Origin: a virus
Length of the DNA stretch: 64,000 nucleotides
Virus record (IMG/VR): IMGVR_UViG_3300025732_000020
Coordinates: 1-64,000 of that record
Strand: one strand, 5' to 3'
The notes under the pieces were generated by a model that had not been told where the DNA came from, ran no database searches, and saw only the letters and a program-made list of their open reading frames with translations. The translations under genes were made by a program, and so were the position numbers. This document shows, in pieces, positions 59,037 to 64,000 of the stretch (the first letter of the stretch is position 1; each line of letters starts with the position of its first letter).

Positions 59037-61358
59037 ATGGCTACTATAAGACCTTTTATTATTAATGATGATCTACTCGTAAAGGGTGGGGATATAACTA
59101 CAGCTGGTACTACCAGTACTTTATTTACTACTGTTGCTACCACATTAAATATAGGAGAGGCTGCGACTACTATATCTATTGGCGCATCAACAGGCACCAC
59201 TACTATTAATAACAACTTAGTTGTAACCGGCAGTATATCAGGCACACTAAGTAGTAGTACTACATCAACTCAAGATGGTTATTTTGGAGATATTTACCTA
59301 TTTGATGATTCTACTCCATCGCATTATCTTCAAATAACTAATAGCGCCAATTTAACTGCAGCAAGAGTTCTAAGTATCAATGTCAATGATGCTAATAGAA
59401 CTGTTAGTTTGGCGGGTAATTTAACATTAGCAAATAATTTTACCACATCGGGTAACTTTGCTGTCACTTTAACTGCCACTGCTTCAACCAGCGTAACTTT
59501 ACCTACTGCCGGTACTCTTGCCACAACGGGCAACCTAAGTCAATTTGCAGCAACCACATCCGCACAACTTGCCGGAGTTATTTCCGATGAGACTGGATAT
59601 ACTACAAATGCTAAGTTAGTATTTTCAACATCTCCAACCTTTGAAACAAGTGTAGTAGCCGGTACGGCTTCCCTTGATGTATTTAATACCGTAGCTACTA
59701 CTGTCAATGCATTTGGGGCAGCAACAACACTTACTATTGGAGCTACTACCGGTACTACCACTATACGTAATAATCTTGCCATTAGTGGGGACTTACGTGT
59801 TGATGGAACAACTACCGTTGTAAATTCTACTGTTACTAGCATTGATGACCCCATCCTTACACTCGGAGGCGATACCTCAGTGGTGGAGGTAACTAAGGAT
59901 CGTGGTGTTGAATTTAAATATGCTGGCGAAACATTAACAATTTCTAGTTACACCGGTGCGGGTACAACTACGGTTACAGGAGCTGTTGCCTCTACTACTG
60001 GCTATGCGGCTGGTGATATAATCACAATCTCTGGAGCAACTGGAACTGAACAAGCCAAACTTAATGGTACTTGGATTATTGCCTCAGTACCCAACTCTAC
60101 TACATTTACATTTGTAGTTACTCAAACTGTTGCAGCTGGTGCACTAACAACTACTTTAGGTACAACAATTAAGTCGAAGAATGGATTCTTCGGTCTTGAT
60201 CAAAGTACCGGAAGGTTTACGTTTATTCCGCAATCCCTTAATTCATCTGAAGTATTCTCTGGTACGGTTGGTGATATTGATGTTAATAACGGATTCTTCG
60301 CTGGTGACATTGCGGTCAATGGCGGAGACATTACCACTACGGCCACCGGCGCTACAACTATTTTCAATGCCAATACTACCAACCTCAGTATTGGTGGCGC
60401 TGCAACGACATTAGCACTTGCAAATACTGGAACTGGCGCAAGAACAATTAATATTGCTACTACAGCATCTGCTGGAGCATCTACATTAACATTTGGTGGC
60501 GCTGTTAGTGGAAATACTTTAAAGGTTGCAAGTACTGCTGCTGGAACTGTAAACATAACCACTGATGTTACTACAGGAATCGCTAATATTTTCGCTTCAT
60601 TAACTACTGGTACTCTTAATCTTGCCACCGGTACTGGGGCATCTACCATCAATATTGGTGGGGCTGGCGGAAATGTTAACGTAGGTGCTGCAACAGGAAA
60701 CTCCGTATTAACAGTTTATGGTAATGGTACTGGCGGTACTGCTGCTGTTGCAACTAACGTAACTACTGGAATTGTCAATGCACTTACTGCACTAACTACC
60801 GGTACTCTTAATCTTGCTACCGGCGGAGCTTCAACTACAAATATTGGCGGTGCTGGCGGATTAGTATATATCGGTACTACTTCAGGAAACTCTACTCTAA
60901 CTGTAAGAGGTAATGGAACCACAGGCTCCACAACACTTGCAACCAACGTAACAACTGGTAGTGCTAATATCTTTACTAGTGTTACAGGAACTGTAAACAT
61001 CGGCGGACTCGCCTCAACGATTTATCTTGGCACCCAAGCTGCCGTTGAATCCTCAACTACTGCTCTTTCTACTACTACTCAATCGCCAGTTGATACATTC
61101 TCTGCAACTACTTTTAGAAGCGCTGAGTACCTCGTGCAGATTACTCAAGGTACAGAATATCAAATAAGCAAAATTTTGTTAGTTCATGATGGTACTAACG
61201 TCTATCTAACAGAGTATGGTACTATTACTGGACCTGGATCAAGTGCCTTATGCACTTTAGATGCTGATATTGCTACTGGATCTGTTAGACTTCTTGTGAC
61301 TATGGGCACTGCTACAGCGGCTGTTGTTAAAGCTTCTAGAACAGCAATAGTAGTATAA
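59037..61358 (+). CDS. Long tail fibre protein with internal repeats
   Basis: T/G/A-rich; ~63-aa tandem repeats; C-terminal FRSAEY...HDG...TEYG domain. Confidence 0.8.
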   Translation: MATIRPFIINDDLLVKGGDITTAGTTSTLFTTVATTLNIGEAATTISIGASTGTTTINNNLVVTGSISGTLSSSTTSTQDGYFGDIYLFDDSTPSHYLQITNSANLTAARVLSINVNDANRTVSLAGNLTLANNFTTSGNFAVTLTATASTSVTLPTAGTLATTGNLSQFAATTSAQLAGVISDETGYTTNAKLVFSTSPTFETSVVAGTASLDVFNTVATTVNAFGAATTLTIGATTGTTTIRNNLAISGDLRVDGTTTVVNSTVTSIDDPILTLGGDTSVVEVTKDRGVEFKYAGETLTISSYTGAGTTTVTGAVASTTGYAAGDIITISGATGTEQAKLNGTWIIASVPNSTTFTFVVTQTVAAGALTTTLGTTIKSKNGFFGLDQSTGRFTFIPQSLNSSEVFSGTVGDIDVNNGFFAGDIAVNGGDITTTATGATTIFNANTTNLSIGGAATTLALANTGTGARTINIATTASAGASTLTFGGAVSGNTLKVASTAAGTVNITTDVTTGIANIFASLTTGTLNLATGTGASTINIGGAGGNVNVGAATGNSVLTVYGNGTGGTAAVATNVTTGIVNALTALTTGTLNLATGGASTTNIGGAGGLVYIGTTSGNSTLTVRGNGTTGSTTLATNVTTGSANIFTSVTGTVNIGGLASTIYLGTQAAVESSTTALSTTTQSPVDTFSATTFRSAEYLVQITQGTEYQISKILLVHDGTNVYLTEYGTITGPGSSALCTLDADIATGSVRLLVTMGTATAAVVKASRTAIVV

Positions 61359-61404
61359 TAATCATTAATACTTACCACTTCATTATCAAAAAACTATAGA
61401 GTAA

Positions 61405-64000
61405 ATGGCAAATAAAAGAGACTTCGTAATCGGTTATGGCCTACGAGCTGATAAATCTGTAGGAGCCACAGATACTCTTACAGTTGATTATATTAATGAT
61501 AAGGTAGGTATTGGCACCTCTAGTCCTAGTGAAAGACTTCATGTTTCTGGTAATGCTCTTGTTACAGGAGACTTAACTGTAAACGGAACTATTAACTTCT
61601 CAACTTCGCAGATTTCTTCGATCGTCCAAGGTAATAGTTCTGTTTCAGTTGCTGATACCGGATCCAATGGGACAATAACTCTTACCACTGAGGGCGTGTC
61701 TAGACTAACAGTAAGTTCTGCGGGTACGGTCACAATGGGTGGCGGTATGAATCTAGGTGCTGAATTAAACTTCACTACGGCGAGTAATAAATACATAGAT
61801 TTTTATACCGATAATGATAGTGGGGTACTCTCTACTGCGTATCTTAGACTTGTTAATACCGCCTCTACGACCTTTCACAATGCCATTACAATGGCAAGAG
61901 GTGGAGCCGTTACTCTCTATCATAATAATGCTTCTAAACTCGCAACAACCTCCACTGGTGTTGATATTACCGGTGATCTAACAGTATCTGGCGGAGATAT
62001 TACAGCTGGTAACGTTGCAGCTTCGCTATTTGCTGGAAACACCACAACTAACATTACCATAGGTTCTGGACTGACCACAGGAACATTCACCGCGGGAGCA
62101 ACTGGTTCAACCGGAGCGGTGTCCCTCTTCCCAGCAACAGGCACTCAGAACATCACGTTTGGTGGAGCGACGACTGGAACGATTACTATTGGTTCTACTT
62201 CGGCCACTGCTGTTCAGTTACCAACAGGTAAAACTAAGATTGGTCAAACAACACTAGTACAAGGCGGTGCGGTAAGTATTACTTTGCCAACTTTAGCAGG
62301 TACTCTTGCTATTACATCAGAAATTTTATCTAGTTCTACTACATCAACTCAATCAGGATACTTTGGAGATATCTTTTTATATGATGACTCTACTCCATCG
62401 CATTATTTACAAGTAACTAATAGTGCAAACCTAACTGCTGCTAGATCATTAAGCATCAACGTTAATGATGCTAATAGAATTGTTTCACTTTCTGGAGATT
62501 TAACTGTATCTGCAGCAGCTACCGTATCTGGAACCAACACTGGAGATCAAACTATCACCTTAACTGGCGATGTTACTGGCAGTGGTACTGGTTCCTTTGC
62601 TGCTACTATTGGCAATAGCACAGTAACATTTGCTAAAATGCAAAACAGTTTAGCTACTGGATTATCTGTCATTGGCAGAAGTACCAATAGTGCTGGCGTT
62701 TTTGCTGAGATATCCGCTGGTTCAGATGGCCATGTTCTACGAAGATCTGGAACTACACTTGCATTTGGAACTTTAACGCTAGAAAACCTTCCTGATGCGT
62801 GGGTAAAACGTACAGTTAAAGCTTCAACAACTGCAGATTTAGCAGCAGCAAGTTCTACTACAACAACTTTAACTGGAACTTTAGTAGCATTCCCCGCTCA
62901 AGATGGAGTTACTATTTCTGTAGGGGATAGACTATTAGTTAAGAATCAAACTACTGCAGCACAAAATGGTATCTATACACTAACTACTGCTGGTGTTGCT
63001 GGAACTACAGCATGGGTATTGACACGAGCAACTGACGCTGACAATTCTGGCGAGTTAGCTGGAGCTACAGTTTCTGTTGACCAGGGAACTACTCAAGGTG
63101 GATTTATATATGATACTAATTTTAAGACTACAGATACATTAGGAACCACAGCTTGTAATTTTAGTCGTATTCTTGATACTGGAGCTGTATCAGGTGATGC
63201 TACAGTAGCAAATAGTGGTGCATTAACTATTGCTAATAATGCAGTAACTTTTGCTAAGATTCAGAACAGTGCTGCAGCTGGTTTATCTGTCATTGGTAGA
63301 AGTGCTAACTCTGCTGGAGTATTTGCAGAAATAAATGCTGGTACAGATGGTCACGTTTTAAGAAGGTCTGGTACTGCAATAGGTTTTGGAGAGATTGCGA
63401 CTGCAGGTATTGCTAACTCAGCTGTAACATTCGCTAAGATTCAGAACAGTGCTGCAGCTGGTTTATCCGTAATTGGCAGAAGTGCAAATAGTGCGGGAGT
63501 TTTTGCAGAGATTGCTGCAGGTACAGATGGCCATGTACTATATCGTGCATCTAGCACTTCGTTGACATTTGGACAATTACCAACTGCAAGTATTGCTGAT
63601 GATGCAATAACTTATGCCAAAATTCAAAACGTATCTGCAACAGATAGATTACTTGGAAGAAGTACTGCTGGTGCAGGTGTAGTTGAAGAAATTACATGTA
63701 CTGCTGCTGGCAGAGCACTTCTAGATGATGCTGATGCTGCCGCACAAAGAACTACTTTAGGATTAGGAACAATTGCTACACAAGCATCAAATAATGTTTC
63801 TATTACTGGTGGTTCTGTAACTGGTATTACTGATATAACTCTTGCTGATGGTGGAACTAATGCATCACTAACTGCAATTAATGGTGGTGTAGTATGGTCC
63901 AATGCTACACAACTCCAAATTAGTGCTGCAGGTTCTCCTGGACAATTCTTAAAATCCAATGGTGCTGCTGCTCCTGCATGGACAACTCTAGAGATGAGTG
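61405..64000 (+). CDS. Long tail fibre protein (3'-truncated by window edge; absent from ORF track)
   Basis: MANKRDFVIG...VGIGTSSPSERLHVSGN; frame checked at several points and in register at the window end; three VTFAKxQNS..GLSVIGRS repeats. Confidence 0.85.
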   Translation, partial: MANKRDFVIGYGLRADKSVGATDTLTVDYINDKVGIGTSSPSERLHVSGNALVTGDLTVNGTINFSTSQISSIVQGNSSVSVADTGSNGTITLTTEGVSRLTVSSAGTVTMGGGMNLGAELNFTTASNKYIDFYTDNDSGVLSTAYLRLVNTASTTFHNAITMARGGAVTLYHNNASKLATTSTGVDITGDLTVSGGDITAGNVAASLFAGNTTTNITIGSGLTTGTFTAGATGSTGAVSLFPATGTQNITFGGATTGTITIGSTSATAVQLPTGKTKIGQTTLVQGGAVSITLPTLAGTLAITSEILSSSTTSTQSGYFGDIFLYDDSTPSHYLQVTNSANLTAARSLSINVNDANRIVSLSGDLTVSAAATVSGTNTGDQTITLTGDVTGSGTGSFAATIGNSTVTFAKMQNSLATGLSVIGRSTNSAGVFAEISAGSDGHVLRRSGTTLAFGTLTLENLPDAWVKRTVKASTTADLAAASSTTTTLTGTLVAFPAQDGVTISVGDRLLVKNQTTAAQNGIYTLTTAGVAGTTAWVLTRATDADNSGELAGATVSVDQGTTQGGFIYDTNFKTTDTLGTTACNFSRILDTGAVSGDATVANSGALTIANNAVTFAKIQNSAAAGLSVIGRSANSAGVFAEINAGTDGHVLRRSGTAIGFGEIATAGIANSAVTFAKIQNSAAAGLSVIGRSANSAGVFAEIAAGTDGHVLYRASSTSLTFGQLPTASIADDAITYAKIQNVSATDRLLGRSTAGAGVVEEITCTAAGRALLDDADAAAQRTTLGLGTIATQASNNVSITGGSVTGITDITLADGGTNASLTAINGGVVWSNATQLQISAAGSPGQFLKSNGAAAPAWTTLEMS

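Noticed and set aside
59250-62495. Possible diversity-generating retroelement TR/VR pair
   Set aside because: Differences are mainly synonymous and not adenine-specific, both copies lie inside coding sequence, and no reverse transcriptase is in the window

Overview
64 kb of a lytic cyanophage (myovirus) genome, most likely from the non-T4 S-TIM5-like lineage. The inference rests on a mitochondrial Pol-gamma-like family A DNA polymerase combined with a Mu-like head module (DUF935 portal, protease/scaffold, gp36/gp37-like) and a contractile tail sheath and tube. Layout: 1-10.3 kb, auxiliary metabolic genes (psbA 3' part, bilin reductase, SpeD, GlcG/HbpS haem-binding protein, SLH outer-membrane protein, two hli, petF, CP12-like) interleaved with 10 tRNA genes, highly structured tRNA spacers and an HNH gene inserted at tRNA-Val. 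10.3-14.3 kb, DNA repair and replication genes. 14.3-28.8 kb, a co-directional array of about 60 small overlapping ORFs joined by a recurrent TGAAATGACTGA junction. 28.9-64 kb, lysis and virion morphogenesis genes. The most novel-looking signals are a GTTTAAAG candidate late promoter (including one inside the protease gene ahead of an in-frame scaffold start), pseudoknotted and CCA-ending small RNAs between tRNAs, and the tRNA-splitting HNH insertion with its own regulatory hairpin. All calls come from manual motif reading; no database searches were run.
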